Part shown: positions 21,006 to 31,550 of the stretch, piece after piece
Layout: each line of letters begins with the position of its first letter
Numbering within the stretch: position 1 is the first letter of the stretch
DNA from: Bacteroidales bacterium
Lineage (GTDB): Bacteria > Bacteroidota > Bacteroidia > Bacteroidales > JAUNSR01
Length of the DNA: 64,000 bases
Reading direction: 5' to 3'
Assembly: GCA_030539115.1 (NCBI GenBank)
Contig: JAUNSR010000012.1
Location: 4,309 to 68,308 of the forward strand
Notes under the pieces: model-generated
The model's database searches: none
Told to the model about the DNA's origin: nothing
Seen by the model: only the letters and a program-made list of their open reading frames with translations
Position numbers and translations under genes: made by a program

Positions 21006-22130
21006 CTAATACTTTATAAGTTTGTAAACACCTCCCGGAAAAGAGCGTACAATATACTTCATTTCGAGTTCCAGAAGAATAGAGGATAGTTGATTGATGG
21101 GAAGTGATGTCTCTAAAGCCAATAAATTGATATTCATTTCATCTTTTTTGGAAAGCAGTTCAATTACTTTCATTTCATCGTTATCAGCCTCGAATTCAAT
21201 TTTTAGCTGATGTGGATTTTTATCATCAATAACAGAGCTCCAATTCATCTGTTTTATAAGGTCATCGGCGCTGCCGATAAGAGCCGCTTTATTTTCTTTT
21301 ATCAGATTGTTGCACCCTGAAGAGTACTTATCGTTGATTCTGCCGGGAAATGCAAAGATGTCCTTGTTGTAGGACAGCGCTATATTGGCAGTAATTATAG
21401 AACCTCCTTTCTCGCCGGTTTCGGCAATAATCACTGCATCGCTCATTCCGGCTATAATTCTGTTTCTGGAGATGAAATTTCCTCTTTTGGGAGTGGTGCT
21501 TGACGGGAATTCAGTAATAAGTCCTCCCGAGCTGATCATTTCTTTCGCCAATTGCCTGTTTGTGTATGGATATATCATGTCAAGTCCATGAGCCAGGACT
21601 CCTATTGTTTTAATATTGTTTTTAATGGAAGCTCTATGGGCACAGCCGTCTATGCCGTAGGCTAAACCGCTTATGATTATTAAGTCGTCAACTCTTGCTG
21701 CAATGTCGTTGATAAAGTTTTCAACTGCCATTGTGCCGTAAGAGGTCGATTTGCGGGTGCCTACAATGCTTATTATGTGGTTTGAGTTTAAATCGCAATC
21801 ACCTTTGAAAAACAAAATTATCGGAGCGTCTAAGCACTCTTTTAGACGAAAAGGATATTTATTGGAAGTTAAGCAGATGGCTGAGATGCCGTGTTTTTCT
21901 ATAAATGCCATCTCCTTTTCGGTGTTTTCCTTTGCAGAACTATTGTTTGATGTTTGGGATTTTAATAAAAGTCCGATTTTTGGATACAATTTTATTATAT
22001 CGTCAATGTTGTTGAAAATTGATTCTGCCGAACCGTAATGATTAATCAGCCTATTGTAATTAATAGGTCCGATTCCCTTTATTTGTGTAAGCAGAATAGA
22101 ATAATATGTCTCGTTATCAATCTTTGTCAT
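21006..22130 (-). CDS. dprA: DNA-processing protein DprA
   Basis: IKGIGPINYNRL (HhH motif) and the Rossmann-like DprA core (IVGTRKSTSYG, SGLAYGIDGCAHRA, VIIAETGEKGGS). The ORF extends to 22166, but the ATG at 22130 (MTKIDNETYY, 374 aa) fits the usual length and reduces the overlap with the upstream gene. Confidence 0.88.
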   Translation of the reverse strand: MTKIDNETYYSILLTQIKGIGPINYNRLINHYGSAESIFNNIDDIIKLYPKIGLLLKSQTSNNSSAKENTEKEMAFIEKHGISAICLTSNKYPFRLKECLDAPIILFFKGDCDLNSNHIISIVGTRKSTSYGTMAVENFINDIAARVDDLIIISGLAYGIDGCAHRASIKNNIKTIGVLAHGLDMIYPYTNRQLAKEMISSGGLITEFPSSTTPKRGNFISRNRIIAGMSDAVIIAETGEKGGSIITANIALSYNKDIFAFPGRINDKYSSGCNNLIKENKAALIGSADDLIKQMNWSSVIDDKNPHQLKIEFEADNDEMKVIELLSKKDEMNINLLALETSLPINQLSSILLELEMKYIVRSFPGGVYKLIKY

Positions 22131-22530
22131 GTATGAATGGCGATAAAACTTTTGCAAACTCGTCACCTCTTGTCAGTTTTCCGTTTTGCACAACTATAAT
22201 ATGTATAATGGCATTGATGCATAATTTGTTGTCATTTTTTCTAAATATCTTTTGATGAAAAAGATATCTTGCACCATTTCTTTCAATGAAAAGTTCACTG
22301 TTAAATTTGTCTCCGCTTTTTAAAGGAGTTTTGTATTCAATTTCAGCTTTGGCTACCATAGGGAATATCTTTTTCTCTGTCCAATCATTAAAACTCTCTC
22401 CCAATGACAAAAGAGCCTCGTGTCTGGTATGTTCGAGATAATTCTGATAAATTGCATTATTGACCACTCCCTGCATGTCGCATTCATAATCTCTTACTTT
22501 CATCTCTAATGTAAATGTGCTGTTATTCAT
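22117..22530 (-). CDS. Acyl-CoA thioesterase (4HBT/YbgC-like hotdog fold)
   Basis: 137 aa. The N-terminal VRDYECDMQGVVNNAIYQNYLEHTRHEAL is typical of the 4HBT family. Confidence 0.8.
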   Translation of the reverse strand: MNNSTFTLEMKVRDYECDMQGVVNNAIYQNYLEHTRHEALLSLGESFNDWTEKKIFPMVAKAEIEYKTPLKSGDKFNSELFIERNGARYLFHQKIFRKNDNKLCINAIIHIIVVQNGKLTRGDEFAKVLSPFIHDKD

Positions 22531-23249
22531 TCGTTTAATGTTTGGTAAATTATAATGCTTTATTACATTTTCGGTTCAAAATGTATTGCAGACAACAAAA
22601 TTATAATTAAAAGAGGCAAGTTGTTGAATTGCTATAATATTTGGAATTAAATATTTGCTGAAAAGTTGGCTTTCGTATCAGTTTTTAATAAATAAAATGA
22701 ATCTTATATATTAAAAATATTTATTTGTAATTATGTCGCTTCAATATAGGTGATGATAATGATTAAATAATAGTTAAAAAATTTATTACCAATATTGATG
22801 GTGAAAATACTCAAAATCAATCTGTATAATTCAATAAAATTGCCGGTAAAGCGTGTTTTTGGTTTTCCATAAAATCAAAGATAATATATTAATTAAATGC
22901 AGATTAATCAATTTAATTAAATAAAATGAAAGTACATAAAATAAAAATATAGCAAAATGTTTTTTAATGTAAAATAATATGCTGAAATGAACTTTAAATA
23001 ATGAAAAAAATTAAAATAAATTAGCACAAAATAAAACATTTAAATATTGTTTCCTAAAAAAAAAATAATTTTATTTGCAACACTATTGTAATACACAATA
23101 AATAATTCAACTGTAAAACTTAAAATAAACAGAATAATGACATAAAGTCACTATCTATTTAACCTAATCCTTAACAGAAGGATTTTAATAATGGAAATCC
23201 TTCGAATTTCAACACATTGATCAAATAATTCAATTAATCTTTAATTATC

Positions 23250-26200
23250 ATGAGTAGAATCTACAAACCGCTTAGCTTATCGGTTCTTGCTCTGACATTA
23301 TGCAATTCGTTTCCTTCTTTTGCGGCTTCTGAAGCTGCAATGGAAACTGTAAGTTTGATGCAGCAGGATGGTAAGGCAACAGGAACAGTAAATGATGTTA
23401 TGGGACCAATTATCGGTGCGACAGTATTGGTAAAGGGAACTCAAAATGGAACTGTAACTGATTTTGATGGACACTTTTCATTGGAAAATGTAAAATCCGG
23501 AAGTACACTTGTTATTTCGTATATTGGATACGTAACAAAAGAGGTGAAGTATTCCGGTCAGCCGATAACTGTTAATCTTGAAGAAGACAATACACAATTG
23601 AGTGAAGTTGTTGTAACAGGTTATGGCGGCGTGCAAAAAGCTAAAACAATGACAGCAGCTGCAGTGGCAGTTCCTGTTAAAACAATTGCAAAACTTCCTG
23701 TTGTTTCATTAGGAGAGGGTCTTGGAGGTCGTGTTACTGGTGTAACAACTCAACAGTCTTCAGGTGCTCCGGGTGAGTCGACTAAGATTTGGGTGCGTGG
23801 TGGTAGCGACGTACTTTATGTAATTGATGATGTTGTAATGGAAACAGAACAGGGAGAACAATTCTTTAGCCGTCTTCGTCCATCGGATATAGCTTCGATG
23901 ACAATCTTAAAGGATGCATCTGCAACAGCTGTTTATGGACCTCGTGCTTCTGATGGTGTTGTTGTTGTTCAAACAAAACGTGGTCAGGAAGGTCAGGTTG
24001 AGATTACTGTTGAACAGAAAGTTTCAATAATGACACCTTCTTATCGTCCTAAAGTTATGAATTCATATGATTATGCTAAAACATTGAATGATCTTTATGC
24101 AGCTTCATATCAAACCAATCCTGCTTATAACAACACTGAGTTGTCTAAATATTATATGGGATATTTGTGGCAAAAGGGCGTTTCTCAACAGGATATGGCT
24201 GGTCTTGTAAATAAAGAATATGGAATGAACTATTCTTTGCAGGATATTCAAAACTTGTTTGACGCACGTTATACGCAGGGTGGAAACATTCAGGATTATT
24301 ATTCTACTTATGATCCATGGGATATGTTTGATCATGTTCAACCGATGTATCAAACTAATGTCAGTGCCCGTGGAGGTTCAGACCGTTTGAAATATTATTC
24401 AAGTTTGGGTTATTTGAATCAACAAGGTATCAGCCCGATTTACGGATATGAGCAGATAAACTTGATTTTGAATACAGATTCTTATTTGTTGTCAGATAAA
24501 AGCCTTAAGTTCACTTTGAATGTTAATGGTAATATCGCCTCTAAAGAGCGTCCTGCTGCAGGTGAATCAGTATTTACCGATGCAATGTATGGAAGTATCA
24601 TGCCAACTCGTCCTGCTCAATGGAGTACAGGATTAAGAAGAGCAGGTTCTGTAGAATCTCTTTTAAATACAGGATTTAACAATACCAAGAGCTATTCATT
24701 CCAAACAAATATGGGATTGAAGTATAATTTGCCTTGGGTAGAGGGTCTATCTGCAAGTGCAAATGTTCACTTCAATACGAACTATTCAATGAACAAGCAG
24801 TTCAATCATGACCAGGTAGGCGTTTACAGCTCTCCGGTTGCTGCTGCTGAGAATGCTTTTAACTCTGATAATGCAAATGTTTACCAATATTGGTCAAATT
24901 ATTTGTTGACAACAGGTATTTTCCAGATTGATTATGCAAAGAGCATTGGTAAACACAATTTCAATGCAATGGTCAACTACCAATCTCAGGTTAGAAATAC
25001 CAACTTTACAAGTGCAAAAAGAAAAGGTTACCCAACAACTTTTGTAGAACAGGTTGAAAATGGTGCAACTATTGTTGATGCAAAAGGTGGTGAAGGAAAA
25101 TGGGGCTCTTCTTCATATATCGGTCGTATTTCTTATGATTATGCGGGCAAATATATGGCTCAGTTTAATGTTAATACCAATGGATCTCTTAACTATAGCA
25201 AGGACAAACGTTGGGGAACTTTCCCATCTGCTTCTGTCGGTTGGTTGATGAGTGAAGAAAATTTCTTCAAAGAAAATGTTAATCCTGAATTTATTTCTTC
25301 TGCAAAAATTCGCGGTGGATTTGGTATAGTAGGTGCTGAAGTTGGTTCTGCTTTCCAATATATTAATCAATATGCTCAATCAGGAGACAGATTGCTTTTA
25401 GGAACCAATATGGATCAAAATGTCGGTTGGTATGAATCAAACGTTGCAAATGATTTGACTTGGTCAAAATCTCAACAATGGAATGGTGGTTTAGATGTAT
25501 CTTTCTTAAACAACCGTTTGGAAGCAAACTTTGATACTTTCCTTTATCTTAACAGCGGTTCTGCAATGGATATGAATCAAGAAGAGATTCGTACTGATAT
25601 TCTTGGTATGCCAAATACTCCTCAGATAAATGCTGATTTTGAAACTTCAAGAAAAGGTGGTTTTGAAATTGCTCTTAAATGGCAGGATAAAATTGCTGAT
25701 TTCAGCTATCATGTAGGAGTTAACTATTCTTATTGGGATGAACGTATCACTCGTCATACATCTCAAGACACAGACTGGTACTATAAAAACCTAAACAATT
25801 TAGGAAAACGCACTACTTCTGATGCTGTTTATGCTTGGTCTTGGCAAACTAAGCCCGGACTATTTTCATCTTTTGATCAGATGTATAATTCATACCTACA
25901 CATGACAAGAAATCAATCACCAGGTACATTTATTATGGATGATGTTAACGGTGACGGTGTATTGAACTATGGAGATTATGTTTACAACAATTTCCCCGGT
26001 TCAGTTCCTTTGACTCTTGCCGGCTTAACTCTTGGAGGTAATTACAAAGGATTTGACTTTGAATTGTTCTTCCAGGGAGCAACCAATGTTACCGGTGCAA
26101 CACCGTCTCCATTAAGAAGCCAACAGTCTTACATGTGGAAATATGGACAATATGCATTTTCATCTTCTTATTTGCCATCAAATCCAAATACAGATGCATC

Positions 26201-26531
26201 TCTTCCAATTCCAGTTGGAGAAGGAAATGGCTGGGGATACAATATGGTAGACCGCTGGCAGTTTGATGCTTCTTATATTAAGCTAAAAAATATCAGTGTT
26301 CGCTATGATTTGAAGAATCAATTGTTGAAGAATTTGAAATATATTCAAGGCCTTGAATTAAGCTTTGTTGCAACAAACGTTTTCACTTTAACAAAAGACA
26401 GCTATCCTTTGAAAGGATTCTGTGATCCTGAATTTATTACAACAGGTTCAAGTATATATGCTACAGGAGGAACTTTAGGAAGTTATCCTGTACAGAGAGG
26501 ATATACTTTTGGAGTTACTGTAACACTATAA
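23250..26531 (+). CDS. SusC/RagA family TonB-dependent outer-membrane transporter
   Basis: 1093 aa with a signal peptide, a carboxypeptidase-regulatory-like domain (GTVNDVMGPIIGATVLVKGTQNGTVTDFDGHFSL), a plug (VVVTGYGG) and a C-terminal beta-barrel ending GYTFGVTVTL. Confidence 0.95.
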   Translation: MSRIYKPLSLSVLALTLCNSFPSFAASEAAMETVSLMQQDGKATGTVNDVMGPIIGATVLVKGTQNGTVTDFDGHFSLENVKSGSTLVISYIGYVTKEVKYSGQPITVNLEEDNTQLSEVVVTGYGGVQKAKTMTAAAVAVPVKTIAKLPVVSLGEGLGGRVTGVTTQQSSGAPGESTKIWVRGGSDVLYVIDDVVMETEQGEQFFSRLRPSDIASMTILKDASATAVYGPRASDGVVVVQTKRGQEGQVEITVEQKVSIMTPSYRPKVMNSYDYAKTLNDLYAASYQTNPAYNNTELSKYYMGYLWQKGVSQQDMAGLVNKEYGMNYSLQDIQNLFDARYTQGGNIQDYYSTYDPWDMFDHVQPMYQTNVSARGGSDRLKYYSSLGYLNQQGISPIYGYEQINLILNTDSYLLSDKSLKFTLNVNGNIASKERPAAGESVFTDAMYGSIMPTRPAQWSTGLRRAGSVESLLNTGFNNTKSYSFQTNMGLKYNLPWVEGLSASANVHFNTNYSMNKQFNHDQVGVYSSPVAAAENAFNSDNANVYQYWSNYLLTTGIFQIDYAKSIGKHNFNAMVNYQSQVRNTNFTSAKRKGYPTTFVEQVENGATIVDAKGGEGKWGSSSYIGRISYDYAGKYMAQFNVNTNGSLNYSKDKRWGTFPSASVGWLMSEENFFKENVNPEFISSAKIRGGFGIVGAEVGSAFQYINQYAQSGDRLLLGTNMDQNVGWYESNVANDLTWSKSQQWNGGLDVSFLNNRLEANFDTFLYLNSGSAMDMNQEEIRTDILGMPNTPQINADFETSRKGGFEIALKWQDKIADFSYHVGVNYSYWDERITRHTSQDTDWYYKNLNNLGKRTTSDAVYAWSWQTKPGLFSSFDQMYNSYLHMTRNQSPGTFIMDDVNGDGVLNYGDYVYNNFPGSVPLTLAGLTLGGNYKGFDFELFFQGATNVTGATPSPLRSQQSYMWKYGQYAFSSSYLPSNPNTDASLPIPVGEGNGWGYNMVDRWQFDASYIKLKNISVRYDLKNQLLKNLKYIQGLELSFVATNVFTLTKDSYPLKGFCDPEFITTGSSIYATGGTLGSYPVQRGYTFGVTVTL

Positions 26532-26630
26532 TCTAAAAGTATCACTTAGTAATAATAATCAGATTATGTTTAAATGCAGCAAAGAATAATCAATGAATGC
26601 TGTAATAACAATTTAAAAAACATATTTCTT

Positions 26631-28616
26631 ATGAATCTATCAATTCAAAATATATTCGGAACTAAAATTATTAAAGGTGCAGCCTTTTCAATTGCTTTAG
26701 TTTCCCTTTTGAGCTCTTGTGATCCTTTAGGACTTGAGCCGTCAGATAAAGTAGATGAAGATCACTTCTGGCAAAATACTGAATTAGCACGTTCTTATGT
26801 AAACAATTTATATTTGAACTCCACCACAACAGGATCAAATGACTATTTCCAATCTGAACAATGGTCAGACAATGCAATAGGAAACTATGAAAAGGATTGG
26901 GATGTTTATCGTCAGGAAAGCTTCTACAAAAGAAACTATGATAATATTTCAGGTGTAACAGGAGTTACTCTTCCTTGGTCCGGCGCTTACTCAAAAATCA
27001 GAGCAATAAATATTGCAATACAGCGTCTTCCGGGTGTTCCTCGTCTTGAAGAGTCTAAATTAAACCAAATGTTGGGAGAAAGTTATTTTTTCCGTGCATG
27101 GCAATATTTTGATATGGAACATTATTGGGGAGGTGTGCCAATTGTAGACAAACCTCTAACAGTGTTTGATGAAACAATGATTCCTCGTGCTTCACGTCAG
27201 GAGCTTTTTGATTTCATTCTTGCTGATCTTGATAAATCAATAGAGTATTTCGAACAATCAGGTCTTACTCCAACATTAGGTCTTGTAAATATTGATGCTG
27301 TTTATACGTTTAAATCACGTGTAGCTTTGTATGCCGGTTGTGCTGCTGAAGCTTCTGAGAAAAAAACTTTTTCATCTTTGGATGGAGACAAAACTTTAGT
27401 TGAATTCTCAAAAACATCTCAAAGCTATTATGAGATAGCTTTCCAAGCTGCTTCTAAAGTCCTTGGTAAACGTCAATTGGCTGCTGATTATGCTCAGTTG
27501 TTCAACTCATCTTTAGGAAATACTATGGATGAAGCTATATTCCCTGTAATGTTTAAAGATTCAAAACGTTCAGGCTTTAATCCTGTTAGCCGTCATGCCG
27601 CTTTTGGACCTTACTATTTTGACCAATCAAAAGAACTTGATATTCGTGGTTCGGCTTTCCCTACACAAGACCTTGTAGATCTATTCCTTCAGAAAGATGA
27701 GCAAGATGGAAAATGGAAAAAATGGTATGAAACTTCACAAGTTGCTGCTTCTCTTAACGGAACTGTAGATGCTGATGGAAATTTCAGTGGAGAAGGTCTT
27801 GATTATTCTGTAATGTTTGAAAATCGTGACAAGCGTTTCTATGCTATTTGCAGTTACGACGGTTCTGAATTTGCAGGAAATGAAATACATACCTGGGTTG
27901 ACAATACTGTTGGTCCTGATGGAGTAACAAGTAACCAACAATTCAGTGCATTCCAAACAGGATATCGTTATACTGAAAAGATGCAGGCTCCGACAGGTAA
28001 ATCATCTTGTGGAACTATAACAGGATATTATCCAAGAAAATATATGCAGGAGGTTGCCAATGAAGATCATACTATTAATACAACTCAACAGACAGTAAGT
28101 TATTTCAACATCCGTTATGCTGAAGTTTTACTTAACTATGCTGAGGCTGCCATTAAGACAAACAAACAGAATCTTGCTCTTGATCCGATCAATCAAATAA
28201 GAAACCGTGCAGGTCTTAGCAATTTTGATGCCGCTGCAGAGGGTCATGATATTTGGGAAGAACTAAAAATCCAACGTCGTCTTGAATTTGCTTTTGAGGT
28301 TCCAGGTCAGAGATATTTCGATATTCTTCGCTGGTCTGCAGCTGAAGGAAAAACTACTGTTGATGAATTGAATGGAAATCCTCGTCAATTGCTTATTATC
28401 CGTAAAGGTATCGAGTCAAAAGAACAAGGAGAATATGGTTACCCTGTAGAAGAGGGTGGAGAGGGTTATTTTACTCCTATCATCAAAACTCAGGAAGCTG
28501 ATTACGATTACTACAAAAAAGTATTCGATGATGCTAAATACTATTTCTTCCCATTCAATGAAACAATGATTAAGAGCTACAAAGGATTGATTCAAAATCC
28601 TGGATGGGCTTCTTAG
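26631..28616 (+). CDS. SusD/RagB family nutrient-binding outer-membrane lipoprotein
   Basis: It follows susC. Lipoprotein signal ...SIALVSLLSSCD from the ATG at 26631 (the ORF track starts at 26574). SusD-type TPR-like helices are present (RAWQYFDMEHYWGGVPIV, RYAEVLLNYAEA). Confidence 0.92.
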   Translation: MNLSIQNIFGTKIIKGAAFSIALVSLLSSCDPLGLEPSDKVDEDHFWQNTELARSYVNNLYLNSTTTGSNDYFQSEQWSDNAIGNYEKDWDVYRQESFYKRNYDNISGVTGVTLPWSGAYSKIRAINIAIQRLPGVPRLEESKLNQMLGESYFFRAWQYFDMEHYWGGVPIVDKPLTVFDETMIPRASRQELFDFILADLDKSIEYFEQSGLTPTLGLVNIDAVYTFKSRVALYAGCAAEASEKKTFSSLDGDKTLVEFSKTSQSYYEIAFQAASKVLGKRQLAADYAQLFNSSLGNTMDEAIFPVMFKDSKRSGFNPVSRHAAFGPYYFDQSKELDIRGSAFPTQDLVDLFLQKDEQDGKWKKWYETSQVAASLNGTVDADGNFSGEGLDYSVMFENRDKRFYAICSYDGSEFAGNEIHTWVDNTVGPDGVTSNQQFSAFQTGYRYTEKMQAPTGKSSCGTITGYYPRKYMQEVANEDHTINTTQQTVSYFNIRYAEVLLNYAEAAIKTNKQNLALDPINQIRNRAGLSNFDAAAEGHDIWEELKIQRRLEFAFEVPGQRYFDILRWSAAEGKTTVDELNGNPRQLLIIRKGIESKEQGEYGYPVEEGGEGYFTPIIKTQEADYDYYKKVFDDAKYYFFPFNETMIKSYKGLIQNPGWAS

Positions 28617-28710
28617 TAATTGTCATTAATTAAACAATATTTGGAATGCCTTTTTTAGGTTTACTAAGGCATTCCTGCATTAATAATATTACATTAAATA
28701 CTCATTAAAT

Positions 28711-29364
28711 ATGAAAATATTAAAATCGTTAGCTTATACTGCTTTAATGATTCTCCCTTTCACAAGTTGTGAGTCCGGAATTGAATTTGAAGAGGTGCCA
28801 GAATCGGTTTATAATGAAGTTGGCCTAAGTTCAAATCCCGCTTTGGTTGAGGCACGTGAATTAATGAAAGGTAAAGTTTGTCAGATCTATTATAATGGAC
28901 AGCCTTACGTCGATTATATAGCAAGAAAAAGAGAAATAGAAGTATCAGAAACTCTTACTGAGGTTGATGATGCAAATGCTCCTGAAGGAAAGCTTTATCG
29001 TCTTACAATTGAGGTTCCTGCAAAAGTTACTTACAGTTCTCCAAACAAAGGAAACATTTTTGTAGCTTCTAAGTTCTCTTCTGATGCTGTTGTTCCTGAG
29101 TTTAGCGATCCATTCACCGATAGTGGCGTATCAGGCTTTATGAGTGCAACTTATCCAACAGACTTGTCAAGACTTGTTCTTCTTCTTAATCTTGCTGATT
29201 ATAATGCTTGTTCAGTAAAACCTCAAAACGGTGCTCCTACTCTTGGAGAACCCGGAGATTATTCTAAACCACAGCAATATATTGTTATCAATGAGAATAA
29301 ACGTCCTGATGGTTCAGGTCAGCGCAAACGTCTTTATGAATTAGTTCTAAAGATTAAGGAATAA
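28711..29364 (+). CDS. PUL-associated lipoprotein of unknown function
   Basis: 217 aa with lipoprotein signal MKILKSLAYTALMILPFTSCESG. It sits immediately downstream of susC/susD on the same strand. No family was recognised. Confidence 0.65.
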   Translation: MKILKSLAYTALMILPFTSCESGIEFEEVPESVYNEVGLSSNPALVEARELMKGKVCQIYYNGQPYVDYIARKREIEVSETLTEVDDANAPEGKLYRLTIEVPAKVTYSSPNKGNIFVASKFSSDAVVPEFSDPFTDSGVSGFMSATYPTDLSRLVLLLNLADYNACSVKPQNGAPTLGEPGDYSKPQQYIVINENKRPDGSGQRKRLYELVLKIKE

Positions 29365-29434
29365 TATTGCCATTTGTGATTAAAAGGTGTTTTTAGGTTA
29401 ATATATTAGCCTATATTAGATAGAAACAGAGAGA

Positions 29435-29467
29435 AAGAGCGGGGATTTATTTCCCCGCTCTTTTTTT
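29435..29467 (+). terminator. Intrinsic terminator ending the plus-strand susCD unit
   Basis: AAGAGCGGGGA-tttatt-TCCCCGCTCTT is a perfect 11-bp GC-rich stem followed by a T-run. Confidence 0.85.
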
Positions 29468-29495
29468 GCAGTCATATTTATAATTATAAGCAAAG

Positions 29496-29535
29496 AAAAT
29501 CCTGTCGATGACAATAGTTGTCAGACAGGATTTTT
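29496..29535 (-). terminator. Hairpin terminator for the minus-strand susCD unit
   Basis: AAAATCCTGTC(ga)TGAC-aatagtt-GTCAGACAGGATTTT forms a roughly 15-bp stem with A/T tracts on both flanks. It lies about 100 nt downstream of the minus-strand susD stop. Confidence 0.6.
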
Positions 29536-29630
29536 CTAATATCAAGTGTATTTTATTTCTGAATTTAAAGTCCTGTTTTATATATTTTGCAATCAATCCG
29601 TAAAAAAAGAAATCATCAATATTGATATCT

Positions 29631-31490
29631 TTACCATCCGGGGTTATTTGGTGCAAGAGCAGGATTAAGAGCTATTTCATTAGTAGGAACCTGATAAAGA
29701 TAATATTTATCCAACCATCCTTTACCTGAAGAAACCGGATCATCAAACAAATAAATGTGACCTTCGGAAAGAGAAGTATCAGGAAGTTTAGTATCGACAT
29801 TCACCAATTTTCCGTTACCGATTTTGCTTTTTTGAATCCACATACCATATTGATGTTTGTTTACAAACCAATCAGCCTTTTTCCATCTTCTCACATCATA
29901 GAACCCGAATCCTTCACCCATAAGCTCTACGATTCTTTCGCGGCGTATTTCCCAAAGAACAGGATCGACCTCAGGGTCTCTCTTCTCATCAAATGATTCA
30001 TTTATCTCTGAAACCTGCATAGAAGCTACATTGGCTCTTTCACGAAGTTTATTGATTGTAGCATCGGCAACATTTTGAGAGAAGATTCCAGCCTCATATT
30101 TAGCTTCGGCATAGTTCAATAAAACCTCATTCATCTTAAACAAAGGAACATCAAAAGTATTTTTGTTTTCCAATTGATTATCCCATAGGTTATAATATTT
30201 GTATACATAATAGCCGCCTCTGCTAACACAAAACGGTTTTGTAGAATTAGTAGAAATATTAGGGATATTTTTTAGAACCAACCCGGCATGGTTTTTCAAA
30301 GGCAAACCTTTATGCATTGAAGAAGACTCCTCTTTAGTTGCAGCTCCAACAATATCGATAAATTCCTTTGATGCTTCATTTGAGTTATAAATCCAATCCG
30401 AGGAAGAATTTATATCTGTTACCTCATAAGGCGGTGTTACGGTTAAAAGCAGTCTTTTGTCTCTGTTTCTAAATGTTGAATACATCGATTTGTCAGTATT
30501 TCCCCATTCATATAGAGAACTGTTTGAGATGCTTTTACCATCTTCACACAAATACATATCAACCATATATTGAGGCATCTCAATATTGTGAGTGGAAGAT
30601 CTTTCAACAGTACTTGTTGTATGACCTAAAGCATCAGTGTCATATTCTTTAAAGAGAATGATGCCCTCCATTTTAGCAAGATTTGAAGTCAGCTCCTCAC
30701 CATAATTTGCATTTATAGTTGGGTAGCTTTTCATTAACTCTTCCGAAGAGCGAATTGCCTCATTAAAGTATTTGTCATAATCGCCAAGATTATGATATTT
30801 TCTCCAAGAACCCTCAAAAAGAGCAAATCTTGAGATTAAAGCCTGAACAGTTGCTTTGTTTACAGTATTCGCTCCATCACCATTGGCGTTTATGTATTGC
30901 TCTGCATACAAAAGATCATCCAATACATTATCTGCAACAGTTTTTCTGTCAATACGAGGACCATAAGCGATTTCTGTCTCTGTGTCTGAAAGAACTTTGT
31001 CAACCCAAGGCACATCACCAAAACGAGCTATCAATTCCATATAACTGTAAGCTCTGAAGAAATAACCTACCGAACGCCAATGCTCTTTTTCAGAGTCTGT
31101 CATTTCTGAATCATTGATGTGTTCGAGCATTATATTCACATTTCTAATCTCAGTAAAGTCCCAGCCGTTTCCTGTCGCTGAATTTGTTACAGTTTGAAAA
31201 GCATAAGGATTGTATGCACTTGTACCTTTTCTTGTCAGATAACCTGCAAACACATCACTTAAATAAGCAGGTGCAGAAGCATAGCCCTGTTTGCCGGCTG
31301 CTCTTCTAAGAATTGAAGAACTGGTAAAAACGCTGTAAAAAGACCAACTGTAAGTCTTGAAGTTTTCATAAGTTTTAAATGCCGAAGCAGGCGTTTGCGA
31401 TTCTACAGGAAGCTTTTCCATAAAATCGTCATTGCAGGAATTTAATCCTGCCATAGAAGCGGCAAGGGCGATTAATAAATATTTTTTCAT
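29631..31490 (-). CDS. SusD/RagB family nutrient-binding outer-membrane lipoprotein
   Basis: 619 aa with lipoprotein signal MKKYLLIALAASMAGLNSCND. SusD motifs are present (FFRAYSYMELIARFGDVPWV, NEVLLNYAEAKYEAG). It lies downstream of susC on the minus strand. Confidence 0.92.
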   Translation of the reverse strand: MKKYLLIALAASMAGLNSCNDDFMEKLPVESQTPASAFKTYENFKTYSWSFYSVFTSSSILRRAAGKQGYASAPAYLSDVFAGYLTRKGTSAYNPYAFQTVTNSATGNGWDFTEIRNVNIMLEHINDSEMTDSEKEHWRSVGYFFRAYSYMELIARFGDVPWVDKVLSDTETEIAYGPRIDRKTVADNVLDDLLYAEQYINANGDGANTVNKATVQALISRFALFEGSWRKYHNLGDYDKYFNEAIRSSEELMKSYPTINANYGEELTSNLAKMEGIILFKEYDTDALGHTTSTVERSSTHNIEMPQYMVDMYLCEDGKSISNSSLYEWGNTDKSMYSTFRNRDKRLLLTVTPPYEVTDINSSSDWIYNSNEASKEFIDIVGAATKEESSSMHKGLPLKNHAGLVLKNIPNISTNSTKPFCVSRGGYYVYKYYNLWDNQLENKNTFDVPLFKMNEVLLNYAEAKYEAGIFSQNVADATINKLRERANVASMQVSEINESFDEKRDPEVDPVLWEIRRERIVELMGEGFGFYDVRRWKKADWFVNKHQYGMWIQKSKIGNGKLVNVDTKLPDTSLSEGHIYLFDDPVSSGKGWLDKYYLYQVPTNEIALNPALAPNNPGW

Positions 31491-31550
31491 AAAAAGAATC
31501 GTTTTGTTTTGGTATTTGCGGCAGACAAAAGATATCTGCCGCTAATTTTT

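Noticed and set aside
22117-22166. 50-nt overlap between the thioesterase 3' end and the dprA 5' end, considered as an unusual overlapping-gene arrangement
   Set aside because: This is most simply a start-codon choice issue. The internal ATG at 22130 gives a typical 374-aa DprA and reduces the overlap to 14 nt.
29447-29656. 69-aa ORF in the spacer between the two convergent PULs
   Set aside because: It overlaps both terminator hairpins and the 3' end of susD. It has no signal peptide or motif and is most likely spurious.
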